From Tricharina praecox (lineage: Eukaryota), in NCBI RefSeq assembly GCF_024521635.1, contig NW_026250403.1, positions 2,914,001 through 2,978,000 of the forward strand: a DNA stretch of 64,000 bases. The letters run 5' to 3'. The notes under the pieces were generated by a model that saw nothing but the letters and a program-made list of their open reading frames with translations, did no database searches and had not been told where the DNA came from. Positions 12,967-28,964 of this stretch are shown here, piece after piece. The position numbers and the translations under genes are program-made. Numbering within the stretch: position 1 is the first letter of the stretch; every line of letters begins with the position of its first letter.

Positions 12967-15900
12967 CTGTGGATAGACCGTAGACAGGGTCCATCACCAG
13001 GGGAAAGTATCCAGCATACTCCGTGACAATCCACAGGGCGTGGAGTAGGGCACCGTATGGAGCTTCCAGCGACAGACCGAAGACGTGGTATGCACCTATC
13101 ACATGACGGATGACGAGAACGAGGAGGCTACCTATCAAGGCCTAGACGCCGCGGTTCCGCACATCCTGATCCAGAAAACCTCTACATGGGCGGGGGGAAT
13201 ATCATAGGTACAATGCTTCACGGACGGGCAACGTACACAGACGAAGATAATTCTTCAGAGGCTAAACAGCTGAGGTACGCATTTGTGGGTTCAACACGAT
13301 TAAGAGTGAGGAATGAGGACGTAGATGAGTTGGGTATATATGATACTTTTCGATCTCTGGCATTCACATCTGAGAGTGAGAGTGCTAGATACGGTACAAG
13401 GTGTAGAAGCCGACAGCGAATAATGACAGGTATCGCGAGGCAGAATGATCAAAACGACGAGCAGAGCGACTCCAAGGGGAGCGTGACGGTGGTCGCAATG
13501 CCGCAATTCCGCAGGCTCAAAGCCGCTCCACGCAATTAGGGGCAGTCTGTGCTAGGTACTCATGTCACAAAGTTACAGCTTCACTCGTTTACTGCCAGAA
13601 GGACAGCAAGACAGCAACCTCCCTGTTTACGTGTAGTCTAAGGAACGGTTCGGAGGCCACCTATGTTTTACATAGATCAGCGTCGCGATGAGACCAATCC
13701 GCAACCACGCCGCCGGGTTCGACCTCGTTCCGGACCCGCTCATCTAATCGTTGGCAGCCGGATTTCGCCTCTATCAGGTCGCAGTAGCCCGAACGTCCAA
13801 TTGACGTGTCCAAGTATATGCCTCCAGTATATTAGCGGTTCCGGCGCCAAATTAATCGAGCGACGTGTCTATATAAATATGTGGGTTTACAATGGCAAAG
13901 GTTCGGCAGAACCTCCTGTCTGCGGTATCTGCGAATACGAGCAATCGGGTGTTATTACTCCTTCCTGCCTATATATTCGTTACTATTATCTTTGGGAGCG
14001 AGAGGAGATGGAGATTCACGAAATCTCTTCCGAAGTGCCACTTACAGGTTCCAACTGTTTATTCTGGCTAGAGGATTCCCCGTATTGCAGTTCTGAGAGA
14101 TCATCAATGTCAGCCACCGGTAGAAGGGAAGAAATATACATGTGTATATATCAGCGCTACGAGGTGTCTCATTTGTGGCCATCGTGGTTGGCTATTAGTT
14201 ACTGTTGAGACTACTGCTTCGTATAGGTAGCGTATCGGCGTCCTAATCCGGTCAAATAGTTCGATCATCCAGCCACTACTCTCACCTTATAAGATCTGAA
14301 ATATAGGCGTCCAAGTGGCCGCATTCTCGTACGCATCCACAGAATATCACTCACAAGCATGACCTGCAAGTAAATCTGGGTAAGCTGGCTCGGATATCGG
14401 GAGAAAGCTGTCTCAGAGGCTGGGAGGTGCCTTCTCCAGCTGAATACATATCACGAACAAGCGTCAGACGGGCTGTGTTCTGCCACGATGGCTGATCGCA
14501 CGTACGTGCGGAGCCGGGAGCTCTCTAGACGGTTTCCATAGCCGGAGTGGTGATTGATCTGGGTCACGATTACGTACCTACTTCTTATATCGAGCGCTGA
14601 GATTTTTCACGAATATCTGGGTAGTATATATGAATCGATGGGCACAGGAAGCGAGCTCGAAGCGGGCACTCAGCTAAGGCACGCGCTGGCCGCGTAACGG
14701 TGCTCGCTTCACAGAATCACAGGTGCAGTCCGGACGGACGGCCGGCGAGTGCGGCTGCATGAGGATGTGATCGTGGTTCCCATCAGCCATATGTATTCAC
14801 ATACAGTCGTCATGATCAGCGAACTGGCGGGGTGGGTCTTTATTCGGCTAGATAGGTTCGCTTCTGTCGTTGTGGTTTTATGTTTGGCTTCATATGATAA
14901 CATCATGCCTCGCATATGGTGATCTGCCGACCTTCCAGATGGGTATATTATCTACTATGTTCGATGAACCGAGTGGGAGATGCGCGTGCACCACGCATGT
15001 TCGCTGCTGCATTAGATAAGGTGTATAGTATGTACCTTCATCTCACTCCCCAGCGTCATATAGAGGATGGGGGGGTTTCGACATCCGTTAAAGCCCCCCT
15101 CCACCCGCCCCACCCTCCTGACCTCCGTTGTTTCAAACAAAGCCCAGAAACGTGGTTCCGAGAACGTTGCCGCGCCACTGGTACCAGGGGGTTCCGCTTC
15201 ATAGTTGGGTATAGACGAAACTTGCTGTGTGACAGATATATATATATCATCAGGGCAACGACCGTTATCGATCAAATCGATGACAGGAACGGGCCACCAA
15301 TAGTGATGGCAGGCAGGCGGGCAGCAGGAACAGCAGCAGGAGCAGCAGGTAAGACGGCTTCCCCGCTTGTTCAGCACCCCCCGCATTAGTAGATTATGGA
15401 TTGCAGAGTACTCAGCACCAGACAGGCCGGCCCATGTTGCGGGTCCGGCACGGAAGCCCTCGAAACGAAACTAACCAGCGTATAATCCCGGAAGGCCCCA
15501 TGACTTACGGTGCATTGTGCCTGCGCGCGCCTTATTACTCCGCCGTGGTGCGCCCTACCTAGATACCGGTATGGTGTATGTATTCGCGAGATTGTATGTA
15601 CGGGCATAGGTAGCTATCCAGCTACGCGGGTACGATGAAGCACATGAGCATGTCGCTCGTTTGAGGATGTTTAACTAAGCTGAAGAAGTACGCCAGCGCG
15701 TCGTTTCAGAGTCGACAAGGACCGCACCTACTTTAGAATCACCCATGCCATGAAACTGCTTTCAACCGTCGAGTGATGGGCAGTATTCCAACGGGGCCAT
15801 TGGGAGCAATTGATCCGAGAGGCCCGCCGTCGCATCGGTAGGCACGGTCGGCTTTTTCGGTCGACACATTGACAACCAACCAGCCAGCCAACCAACCACC

Positions 15901-18900
15901 GGTTTCGAGGTCTTGGACGTTTGGGCTCATCGTTCCTCAAAGCGATTAGACTTCCGACCACACACCGGGTGACGGCCATGTGGATTTTAGTCGGGGAGTG
16001 GCTTGCGAACCAAAGCGGTAAGCTCCGACTCCCGCCTGGAGAGAGAAAAAATCCTGGAACGATTTGGGTTGCCGAGACGAAGGAATTGCTGCTGCCCATG
16101 GTTGACCCGAGCGAGCGAGCGAACTCCACCTCACACCTTCACCACCATCCACAAGTTCAGAAGCAAGCCCCGAGAAACCCCTGCTTGTCTGGCACGTGCG
16201 TCCGCATGGCGTGCCGTTGCTTTTTTCGCATAATCGTCTTCAAGTCTGCTTCCAGAAGCACTAAACGAGTGTTCTTCGCATCCAAGGGAACCACGAGGTC
16301 TGTGTCGTACATGCAGCTCAAGCGCTCGATGCTGGTGGTGGTAGTGGTATCTAGTGGTGGTGGTGCTGCTGCTGCACTGCACTCCCCCTGATACATGCTA
16401 ACCAAGCAGATAGTTACCCCGCGGGCCCACCGCAGCAACATTCTCCCTCGAATAAGGATCCCGAATGCGACTGCCGGCTGTACCGCCCCTGCCTCCTTGC
16501 GACATTGCTGCTCCTGTCGCTGGACCGAAACGGCCAAAGTGCCAAGTCCCCCAGGAAGTTCGCGGGTTCCGGAGAGGAGGAGTTATGTATACAGAAAGTA
16601 TGTACTGCATGTAGAGTGCTGTGTGTTGGAAACACCCCTCGATCCCGCACCCCATAGTTAACTTATCGTTTGGCAGAAGCAGCTGAGCGAGCCTAGCCCA
16701 AAGACACTTTCATCTGTGTTTGCTTCTCGCCAGCTTACTTCAACCACCCAGATTGCGGGCCGTTGCAATATGTAGAGTACCTAGAGTATCTACATGGAAT
16801 GGCTGTTAGAGTACCGTGATGCATTGCTGCCATCGATGCGAGCAACCCAATTTCCGCCGGGTGTATAAAGGCCCTGTCATATATGGCGGGCCCTGGACAT
16901 GGTTTGGCGCTGGGCCGGCGCCGAGACAAAAAGTCTCTCCGCTGTATGTACCAGTATACGTACTATCCATAGAACTGTTCGTTCCGAGGTTGCTGTTTAT
17001 CAGGTTGTACGACAGTACGTAATGCAGCATTTCGTGGCCAGCTGAGGAAGAACAACAACTCCACCAACGAGAGCGATTCAACCAGAAGCGAAAAAAACGC
17101 AATCAGCGATTCGACCGTCAAATTCCATGCGGTATGTAACTCCACGTACCTACATAACATACAGACGCAGACGACACCAGAGCAGCCGTGCGTTTTTCTG
17201 ACAATAATCCCTGCACCTTGCTCATGGCGATTGCCGAATCGACGATATTATTCCGGAGCCTACATAAAGTAACTTTCCATCATCCCCCTTAGCACGGAAG
17301 CTATGATCATGGGCTGTGGGCTCTTCGACCAAGCGTCAACGTCTCGTTATGGTATGCATATCCCCATCGCAAATCACTCACTCCACAGGGGGAGGGAGGT
17401 GTCACTGCTAGTAGTGGTCCACCATCGCCGCACGGGATGTCCAGGCGAATGAATGAGCTCGGACGAACTCATGACAGGAGGCCTCCCACCCTCCTTTTGC
17501 GCTTCTTTAGCCACAGCTTCCTGCGGCAATTCTAATTCACAGGCCGGTGCTGCATCTTATGCAGGTCTTCGCAAGTGCATGGAGAACCGGTAACTTTGCG
17601 ATTGAAGTCGTGCCGCGTCTTGGGACGCCCCGCCCAGCGCCAGAGGAGATTGTAGTTCAGGCCAACGGCCACATGGAAGATTAAGGCGAGTTCTAAAAGA
17701 TTTCAAATCTGGCGGTGGCACTGTGCCTGCATTGGAACCCTGTGATCCGCAGCTCTTGCGCATAGGTATGTTCCGCCAATACACCAAGCCAGTGTAGCTA
17801 CCATTCTTGACCTCCAATGCTCTGATTTCCATCAAGCGGTTATGGTTGCAAGCCTGAATCTGTTCGATACATACAGGCTTTCGTTGCCGCCGGTAGCCTT
17901 CAGATGACTGCGGATCTAGAGACAACTTTGGGCGGTCCCGAAGTCTTCACCACGGCTCGCACTCTAAGTGGGGACCGCGGGCCAACGTCCTGCAAGTCGT
18001 TCTGGCGTGCTATGTAAAGTACAGACGGCGTAATGTACCTGTAATCAACCGCGGTGATCGCGATGAGGGTCACACTCAAACCGGATGACCACCCGGCGGC
18101 CATCTGCAGACAAGATGATGCTTAGAGTAACCCCGTACCAGATCGTGGTGCGAAGTACCTAAAGTAGAGAAGTACACTATCTCGGTGTCTTCATCTTCGG
18201 AGTAGACCGTTGCACTATCTCAACATAGGTAGTAGGTATACAGCTTGTAAGAAAGAGCTGTCTGTATAGAGTAGGTAGGGACCCCGGATGTTGGGATTGC
18301 AGAAAATGCACTTGCTGAAGTGAAGTGGCTGTCACCCAAGCACGATAGCGTACTAAGCAACCATGTTCCAGGTGTTTAGCAAGTGCTGCGCCCTGTTCGG
18401 CATCATCTTCGTGAGTGTCGTGTCGTGTGAGTGGGGTCGGTAGAGATAGGTATGACGAAGGAAGACCGGCTTTCGTTCTGAGACGACGGCAAATCCCACA
18501 GGTGGGAAGTTCGAGCAAGATTTGTCCCATTGGATGATATTTGCTTATTTTCCTGGATGGCAACAACACTCATAGGCAGAGTAGAGTATGCAGTGCGTCA
18601 GTGCGGTTGCGCACACTGTTTCAAACATTATTTTCCTCCTCCTCCCCACTTCGGGACTCGCGAGCTGTAGAGCAGCTGCGAGACGTCCTGGTTGTCGAGG
18701 GTTGAGAATCGGTCTCTTGGCTGCATCGGCAGCGGAGTTAGCTCTTGCTCCAGGGGTCTCGGTGTGATGAGCGGTGGAAAGTGCGTGGGCCTTGCAAAGA
18801 AGATCCCAACGTTAGTTGGCTTGCAGGATGGGATCTGGCTGACGCCTGGGGGCGGGGCGGGGGATGCAGAATAGCCATAAACCCGCATTTTGAGCTTTGA

Positions 18901-21900
18901 TGTGCGTAAAATCTTGTTGTCGGGAAACGGCTGCCTCATGGAAGTCATTGATGGGTTTCTCCAACCTCTTAGGTTTGCAATCGATACTTAGCTGAGGTAT
19001 AATCGGTCAAGTAGGATTCCGAAGTATGTACGGGGATATATCCGGTCTCACGGCGAGCTGTGTAAAGAATTGTTTCATGAGAGAGTTCTGCGGTGCATGC
19101 TGCGAGGTTGAGTGGAGGTGAGGTGGTTGAGAAACACAGCGGAGCTAACGAACCCATCCTGTGTTACCGAAGGCTCAGAGAAAGAAGTGCGAGAAATTCC
19201 ATACGCCTTCCTTGCCCGCACAGACGCACTCTTTCCGAATGAGGAATTGCTCTGGAAGCTTGCCGTTTAAATGAAAGTGGTAGGTCATGATGATGTTTGC
19301 TTTGCCCAGAAGTGGATTCGGGGAGGAGAGGAGGGTCTATCATCGACCGGATCCGACCGCACTTCGTGACTTGCCACCCCTTGATCCCAAACTCTTCACC
19401 TTTTACAAGGCACTGCTGGTACATACGCATATAAAAATCACCATCTCCAAAATAGGAGTACTCTTATTGCACACAGAATATGGAATCTAGGTAATGGGAC
19501 CATCAGGATTATCACTGGTGACAAGCATGTGTGCCTAGGAATGCGTCTTCCTCATCAGACATTGGGCGTTCTTGTATGTATGCGTCCAGAGCTGCTGGGA
19601 CGCTGTATCGGCTATCTGTTGATGCTCGCAGTCTTTAGCCTTAGCCACCTGGTGGCAGTTGTATGATAGCTCGGGGCATCTCCTTCCTCTCGGTTTTCGT
19701 CCCACGGAGGAGTGCATCCAGCTCAATCAGCAATTCAGTCTCCAGCTCAGCGGCGGCGGCAGCGCGGGGCCACCATCTCGTCCCCCCTTCGCCATCATAA
19801 TACAGCAAATTGAATGGAGCCAGTCGATACACCGGTAGAATGAAACCCATGTAGATATCATCAGAAGCCTAGAAACGTATTTTCCTATACTGGATCCAAC
19901 ATCCATTTAGTACCGTGTTTCCTTGACTGCCAAACATTGAACAATATATCCTAGGAAAAGAATGTGTCGCCGAGGCTTGAGATGGTAAAATGTGGTGTGT
20001 CGTGGGTGGGTGGGGTGATTACCTAGCTGCCGTTGTCATTGTGAGGATGGAAGGTCACGATACCTACTCTGCTAGAGAGTACTCTATATCCCGCTCCTCC
20101 GCAATACCTAAGCAGTAATTTTCTGGGCAAAATTGCCAGATCTGGCCATCTCGCATGTTTGGTATATATCAGAGTAGGCAAATGTCGACCCCGAGTAGCT
20201 GACAGACCCTCTGGTGTTTCGGTTATGCAGAGGGCACCGCTCCCTGATCGAAGGAGCACAGTCGATTGCTCGAGCAGAGTTGTTGTTTCGTTCGAACGAT
20301 GGGCAGTCACTCACTCCATTCACTAGCTGCTACAGGTCTCTTTAACTCCCCCGATCTCAGTTACCAGTGACCTTGTAACTACGCCCTTTGCTCGAATTTT
20401 GCTTCTTTGCGGAAAGCATGAAGACCCTGCGTTGCTGTCCTGGTTATGCTTTTTTGGATATATATCCCGGGAATGGCAGTTCATATGGCTATCCTACTAC
20501 TATTGGCAGCAATGAGAGTTTATATCCAACATATTGAGTACAACCGAAGGCCATAGAGTGCTCAGAGTACCTTCCACTCGTAGCAGGCATAAAGTATCCG
20601 GAATATTTTAGCGTGATGGAGTTTCCGGGACATGCGAATCTTTGCTGCAACTGGGAATTTTGGATGAAACATTACTGCTTAGGAAAAGGCTTCACGCCCA
20701 GGAAAAGGGCTGTATGTCTGGATACTAAAAGCATGCCACGAGCACTCTAGGTGAATAATATCAAGTGCTGCATAAAGTAAAGTAACTACAGCGGTGAGTG
20801 CGGAGCGATATGTAACATCTTCACCTAGCGCAGTACCAGAGTAATTCAGGTGTTCGGCTTGAGACCGGTGTGTTTTTATTTTTTTATTCCCAGCGTCAAG
20901 GAAGGATTCTCACCGCCTTCCTCAATCTCTGTCCCGGCCACTGCCACTATCCACCGGGTCCATTCGGCTGCTACTGAAGTCTGAAGCTACACATCGACCT
21001 CGAAAAAGGCATGTTAGCCATCGTTTTGGCCGCAAAAGAAAACCTCCTACATAGCCGGCCAGTAATGGCACCGAAAGTCCGCTAGCCAGCGACCAACTTG
21101 TTCCGCAGGTCCGTCAAAAGCAACCTGTGTACGACCGCCTAGAATCTGAAGTGATACGGAGTGCTCCTGAGCCAGGAAAGAGATGCTCCATACCGGTTCT
21201 TGTCGCCGTCAACTGCGAGGCTGGAGGATCCGGGGCCGCTCTGGAGTATAGTACCTATAGTACCACCTCATTGATTCCCGCCTGGCCCGGGTCCCTGCAT
21301 GGCATCTGATCGACTCGTTTCCTGTGCGGTTGGAACCAGATTCTCTTGGCTGTCTGGCAGCGGAACACGGTCGAAAGCCAGCCGCCGGTTGGGACTTCTC
21401 CAACCGCGGGAAGTTGTGGTCAACTATCGGCGGGCCGGACATGGCAAGCCACCAGACCTCTGTGGGGCCGGGACAGCATACAAAGGTGGACATTGCGCTG
21501 GTACGTAGTGCTCCTGTTGATCTTCGGCTTTGCCATCTTCGGCGCTGGCAGAACAACCCTAGAGCCCCTTCGGGGAGGCTGCAGTTCGACGCACTGCGCG
21601 GTGGGGACCGACTAGCTCCAGGAGCGAGGTGTGCCAATGGAAGTTCGATTCTGGGAGGCTCGCGGTGATACATACCACGGTCCACTAGGTACCATGCTAC
21701 ACACACGCACAGAGATGTGGCGGGGCACTCAGATCGGTATCTACTGGCCAATAGCATCACGCAAACCCCGCAGACCAATGGGAAAAAAACAAAGTCCGCA
21801 AGCTTCGCACTTGGCGGCACGAGGAACATCACGCAACCGAAGACGCAAAAGCTAGTTAGCCAGGTCGTTTCAGTGCCCGTTGCCTGCGGATTCCTTCCCG

Positions 21901-24900
21901 TGCTGGTGTGTTCTGGTTTCGGGCTCGGTCGCGTCTTGGGGGGGCGAGTTGCCGACGCGAGGGCTTCCCATGGTTACGAGTGTCGACCCAGGCCGTCCCT
22001 GGCGTTGCGAACCACTCTTGGGTCCGTAGCGACGCGGGGAAGTGCAAGAAGAAGTTTGGACGGTGATGACAAAGCCCGAGACGATGCTCGAGGTAAGGAC
22101 CAAAGTAAGAAGTACCTGGTACTCGAGGGATGTCCTTCCATACCAGTCCTCCACCACGCAACCACGGCCATTTGCACGCAACGCTCGCGTCCTCTCTCCC
22201 CCCTCCCTCCGTTTCGATCGTCCGCCGTCAGAACGCCTCCGGGCCTCGTTCCATCGCCAGTGCTGGGCCTTTTATTGCCGTTAATATCGAGGTGGGGACA
22301 GCGGAGTTGCTTAAACGACAGCCATGACTGCATGGAACACTGCTCAAGGTACCGCATGTGTACCAGCCACTTCTGTCCTCTGTCCCCGCCGCCGCCGCTC
22401 GCCTTTCCAGGGTTCTTCTAAGTTCTGCTTCGAATTCCTTCTCCTTCCGTTCGCACGGACCACCAGTGTCCACCACCATCTCATCCCGCCGGGTTGCACC
22501 TCCATCGCGCTCGTCTAAGAGAAGGACCTATCTTGCAGGCTTACGCCCACCACCACCAGTCGGTCGGCCCCATCCCCTCCCCCCCCCTGCCTCGTGGTAC
22601 TACTCTACGGACTGCTCCTCCTGAAGTTGACCCCAGAGTCTGAACAGACCCCAGCGCGTGTTCTTCGTCAGATCCGTACATACTATACAATACAACCCAC
22701 GCCCCCCCCACCCACCCATCATCCCCCCCCGGCGCTGATGCTGTTTTGCTGCCGCTGCTCGAATTGCAACTTGCAAACCACATAGACTACCCTTCCTACG
22801 GACTTATGTACTACTTGCCTACCGCAAAGTCTCACTCACATCCACCTCGCGCTCACTCGTTTCTCGGATCACGCACGCACGCACCTCCCCTCCCACCACC
22901 CCCCACCATCGCATACCCGCCCACCACCCACTATCGCACTGTACCACTACCACTACTATACTGTCCATAGAAATCGAGTCGACGAGCAGCAACAGTTGTT
23001 CTTTAGTGACGGCCATCCCAACCCTCCATATCACCGCACGTACCACTCAACCCCGTCGAACGGTCGCCGCCTAGAATAATAATAATTATTCCATATTCCC
23101 CCCGCCCAACGGCCGCAAACTCCTACCTGTACTTAGCTTCGACCTGCGCTGCCGAGTCGTCCGATCTTTCCCGCCAGCACGCCTGAGCCCAAACATTACC
23201 GCATTCCCGCGATCCTTTGACAGACGTCTGCTGGAACGCATTAGGCCGGCTGCGACAGAAAGAGAGAGAGAGAACACAGGCACACGACAGACAGCGTAAG
23301 TAAAAACAGTCCAGGAACGGACGGGGGCGGGGGGGGCGTGCTGCGCGGTTCGAGTTTTGAGTGCGAAACTGGGATCTTGAGTTGACGACTTTTTGTTCAT
23401 CAGACAGCCTCTCGGAACACCACGCCCTTAAGACGCACTTCCGCATACTACCACACACGTAACCGCCTGCGCCCAAGCTTATTGAATCTGCGGGCAGAAC
23501 GAGGCGGGTGGCTAAAGTTCTTTCAGCCAGACACGACCGGGCGAAACTGCGCGCGTCGTTTTTCTGCATTTGTCGCCGAGGAAGGGTGGGGAAAAGACCA
23601 CGCCAGTCTGGTCGCAGGTTCTCCAAGGTGCTCTGGAATTTTTCTTTCAGAGGAGAAATTTTTACCCAGTGTCTGTGCGGTTGGGCTTTCGGATTGAGAG
23701 TGGGGATTTGCTCATCGTTTTTTCTGCGGCGAACGTTGCACAGATTGGGAACTCGTCACCCGAAAGCGTTCGGACAAGAGTTGCTTGTTCCGTTTGACGC
23801 GGTATCCTGCGGATTGTTCGACGGGTGACCTTGTGTGAACTCTTGTCAGGTTGGAGGAGAAGTGAAGCGAGCGAGTGTGGTGGAAAGATCACCGGTCTAG
23901 GCTCTACTACCTGCCCGCCTTTCGGAGGTGACGATATTAATCGACGACTTCGAATTTTTCGAAGTACCTGCAACTCAGCACCACCTGCGAGTTTTTGCGG
24001 TGCTTGCTAGAAGATCTCGGGCGTATTGGGCTTTGGGTCAGAGCTTGACACACTAGGGCAACGGTCAGGAGGATTTAGATCAGGACGGAACATCCCACGA
24101 CGAAGACGACCGCTGAAGAGATTTGCAAGCGAGGCCGACTGCCAAAGGATTTTGAAGCATACATTATATTTTTACCTTTGGCGAGCAACAATCGGCGAGA
24201 AATTCGGTGAACAAGAAGCCGACCAGGCAACCGGAAGAACAACAAGTAGTGTTCAATCGATAACCGTCACGTCAGATTATATCAGTCATCTCCGCCATCC
24301 TGCCAAAAGAACCGACTCCGCCTAACCCGCCGCCCCCCGCCTCCCCCTTTGGAGCAGGTTATACGATATCCGGATTCTGTACATACCTCATCGTCATCAT
24401 CATCACAGCGCATTGTTCCGTCCACAGCACTAGCTTCACATCATCTGCACCAACGTACATACATCCACACACAACTCGACCCCCCCAAAGAACAGAGTAA
24501 CGTGACTTGATTTCGCTGCGGGTTGCCGATATCCCAAGTTGCGCAGACCCTTGCCAACGAACCATTTTCTTTGACGAAGTTCATCCCATCTGCCTCGCCT
24601 TGTTTGCCAACTCCTCCCCCGCCCCGCTCCTCCGTCCAAGCTCAAGCTCGGTACCTTGCATTCGGCATACCCACCTCTGGCTTTGACGTCCCCGTCTCAA
24701 GCAGAAATTGGGTATTCTAGCGGTTGCGGCTGGTTGGCGTCTCGGCTTCTGCACTTGGCTGTCGGGTTTTCTGTGCACATTACCGCACCCTGCTGGTTCC
24801 CGTCGATAGCTGGCTCGACAGGATTACCCTTAATATCTACCCACGCCGAGCCAAAACTTTGTTCACATTGTGGATTCGGCTACTCTGCCACCGGTGAACT

Positions 24901-25042
24901 TGTTGATATCGTCGCCAACATTTTAGGCTTCTCTCGCCGACAGAATACCCTATCCTAGACACCCCTCGGCACGGTATACTTCTACCCTGCGCCAGTACCA
25001 GTTTTCTTCCTCCGTCTTCCACATCTCAGACCAACTTCACTT

Positions 25043-26788
<1,746 letters not shown>

Positions 26789-27699
26789 ATGTCTTGAGAA
26801 TATCCAGCTGATTATTTTCCTTCTCACCGGAATGTAGTGCTGACGGATCCATCCGTTGTTGCCACGGTGTTCAATGTTGACGGGGAATGTTTTTCTTTGA
26901 TTTGATCTGATTTTTTCTTTCTTTTCATCTTAACCTTGGGGCGCGTGTGCTTGCTGCATTTTTTTTTGTTGTGAATAGATCGGGTCGGTGCAATTGCCTT
27001 ACGGGTAACAGGTCTTTTTGGGGTGTCGTCTGTTTTTTCTTTCTTTTGTCTCTTTTTTTTTCTTGGATTCTATTTTGCTTTTGGGGTGGGGCTGATGAGC
27101 ACAGAGTCTGTCGGCCATCCTCCTCTTCTACTTAATAATTGGTTTCCCCTCTGTAGGAATGAAGCATTATTATTCTCTATCTCCTCTCTCTATCTATCTC
27201 GTGGTCATGTGGTTGGCTGGCTTTGTGTCCGGATTTGAATCGTTGGAGTTTTTTGTCTTGTCTTGTCTTGTCTTTCTTTTTGGCGGGTGCTTGCTTGCTT
27301 GCTTCTCTTGCTTACTTGAGTACTTGCTTGGGGTAATGACGCTGACGATGGCAAAAAGTTTGGTTGTTATGGGATAATGTCTGCGTTGCGTTTGCGTTTG
27401 CTTTTTTTCTTCTTCTTTTGCTTTCTTTGCTTTCGTTTCTTCGGCTCGGCTCGACTCTATTCCCGGGGCTCAAGTCGCAGTTGCTGAGTGCCGCGTGCGG
27501 GGATTGGGTTACTGTGCCTTATTTTATTATACCCTATGTGCTTTAGCTTTGGTCTGTTGGGTGTGTCTATTGGGTGTGTTGGTGTGTTTATTGGGTTTTG
27601 GGAGTGTATGTTTGGTGTACTTAGGTTTGGTGCATGTATGCCATGTGTGGCGGCGGCCCGCGTGTGCAGTGATTGGATTAGGATTATACGTCACTAATT

Positions 27700-27774
27700 A
27701 TTGAGTTACCGATTGGGTTGTCTATTGAGTTACCGATTGAGTTACCGATTGGGTTACTAAGTATTGGGTTATGG
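27700..27774 (+). repeat. 12-bp tandem repeat ATTG(A/G)GTTACCG, about 6 degenerate copies
   Basis: Units start at 27700, 27712, 27724, 27736, 27748 and 27763. Confidence 0.8.
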
Positions 27775-27781
27775 TAAAGGA

Positions 27782-27826
27782 AAGGCTCTCGGCACGAAGG
27801 TTCTCGGCACGAAGGTTCTCGGCACG
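27782..27826 (+). repeat. 15-bp tandem repeat AAGG(T/C)TCTCGGCACG x3
   Basis: Three adjacent near-identical units. Confidence 0.9.
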
Positions 27827-27947
27827 AATTTTGTGAGCGAAATATGTGAACCGTGAAGCTTTCGGGCGTGCTCTGGCGTGCTCCGTGATGAGGGATGCTG
27901 CGGACGATGCTTCCCGTGCGGGGTGTGTACCTATGGTGACATGCAAA

Positions 27948-27952
27948 CTCTG

Positions 27953-28025
<73 letters not shown>

Positions 28026-28030
28026 CTCTG
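27948..28030 (+). repeat. Hexanucleotide microsatellite (CTCTGG) about 14 copies
   Basis: Perfect run directly visible. Confidence 0.95.
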
Positions 28031-28964
28031 ACGGGTTGACGTGTCGGCCGATGCTTCTTCGGAAGATACCTGGTACTATACTGTATCCCACCGGGTTGAT
28101 TTTCTGCTGCTGCGAGGCGGGATGCAGCGGCGATTGCAGCCGAGCCGAGATCCGTGGGTCCCGTCCGCACACAGAGTTCTCAATAGCCAACAAGCCGGTC
28201 AGCCAGCTGGGCCGGTTTCTTTGAACCCGTGGATTAGGTTGGGGGGATAAGCCGGCCGGACCGGCTGGCTGCCAGGGCCGACGTCCGGGAACGACAGAGC
28301 TCGGCTGGGATGTATCGTTGCCGTGTGCTCTGACGTTCGGTGGTTCACCGGGTTGGCTGCAATGTCTGCTCTTCTGTGGGGCGCGGAGGACTAGTTGGTG
28401 GGATGGTGATTGTCGGCGGGGACCCGTGGAGCCTGGAGGCGGATGATAGGTTGTGCGTGGTTAGTTGTGTTTTGGTTGTTGAAACTTGAGATTATCATGG
28501 TAGGACTGAGCCAGTTTATAAGTCGCCTCGTTAAAAGGATGGGCGGTTGGAAGATACACGGAGAAGATAAGATATATTGCCTACTCGCCGTTGGCGGTTG
28601 GATGATGGATTGTCAGGTTTTACCTATATGTAGTAGAGTGGGTATCGAGGATCATCCCGTCAGGTTCGTTGATTACATCAATATACCTAGATAACGGAGC
28701 ACATTGTCGCTGTGTGGGATGGGCGGGCAGTGAATGGGAGGATTGTTATTGTTCAAGGCTCGCACATGGTGATGGTATGTAATCGGTTATGACTGACAGC
28801 AGGCCGAGGCCGAGGTGGGAACAGGAGGTGGGGGGATTGTGCTAGAATAGGTACAAGACAAGATACCACGGCACAGCGCGATGTTGCGGGAGTCCATGTA
28901 TTGGTGATCATTAAAGGCAAAAGCAGTGAGCGAGTTAACTAGAAAGAAACAACAGCCTATTCGA

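Noticed and set aside
12524-13138. 204-aa ORF with MGGYGWIW-like repeats resembling a repeat-peptide precursor
   Set aside because: The period is 10 nt, not a multiple of 3, so it is a DNA minisatellite read in shifting frames; no KR cleavage sites.
27700-27826. Short repeat arrays considered as CRISPR-like
   Set aside because: Units are directly adjacent with no unique spacers, there are no cas genes, and the context is eukaryotic.
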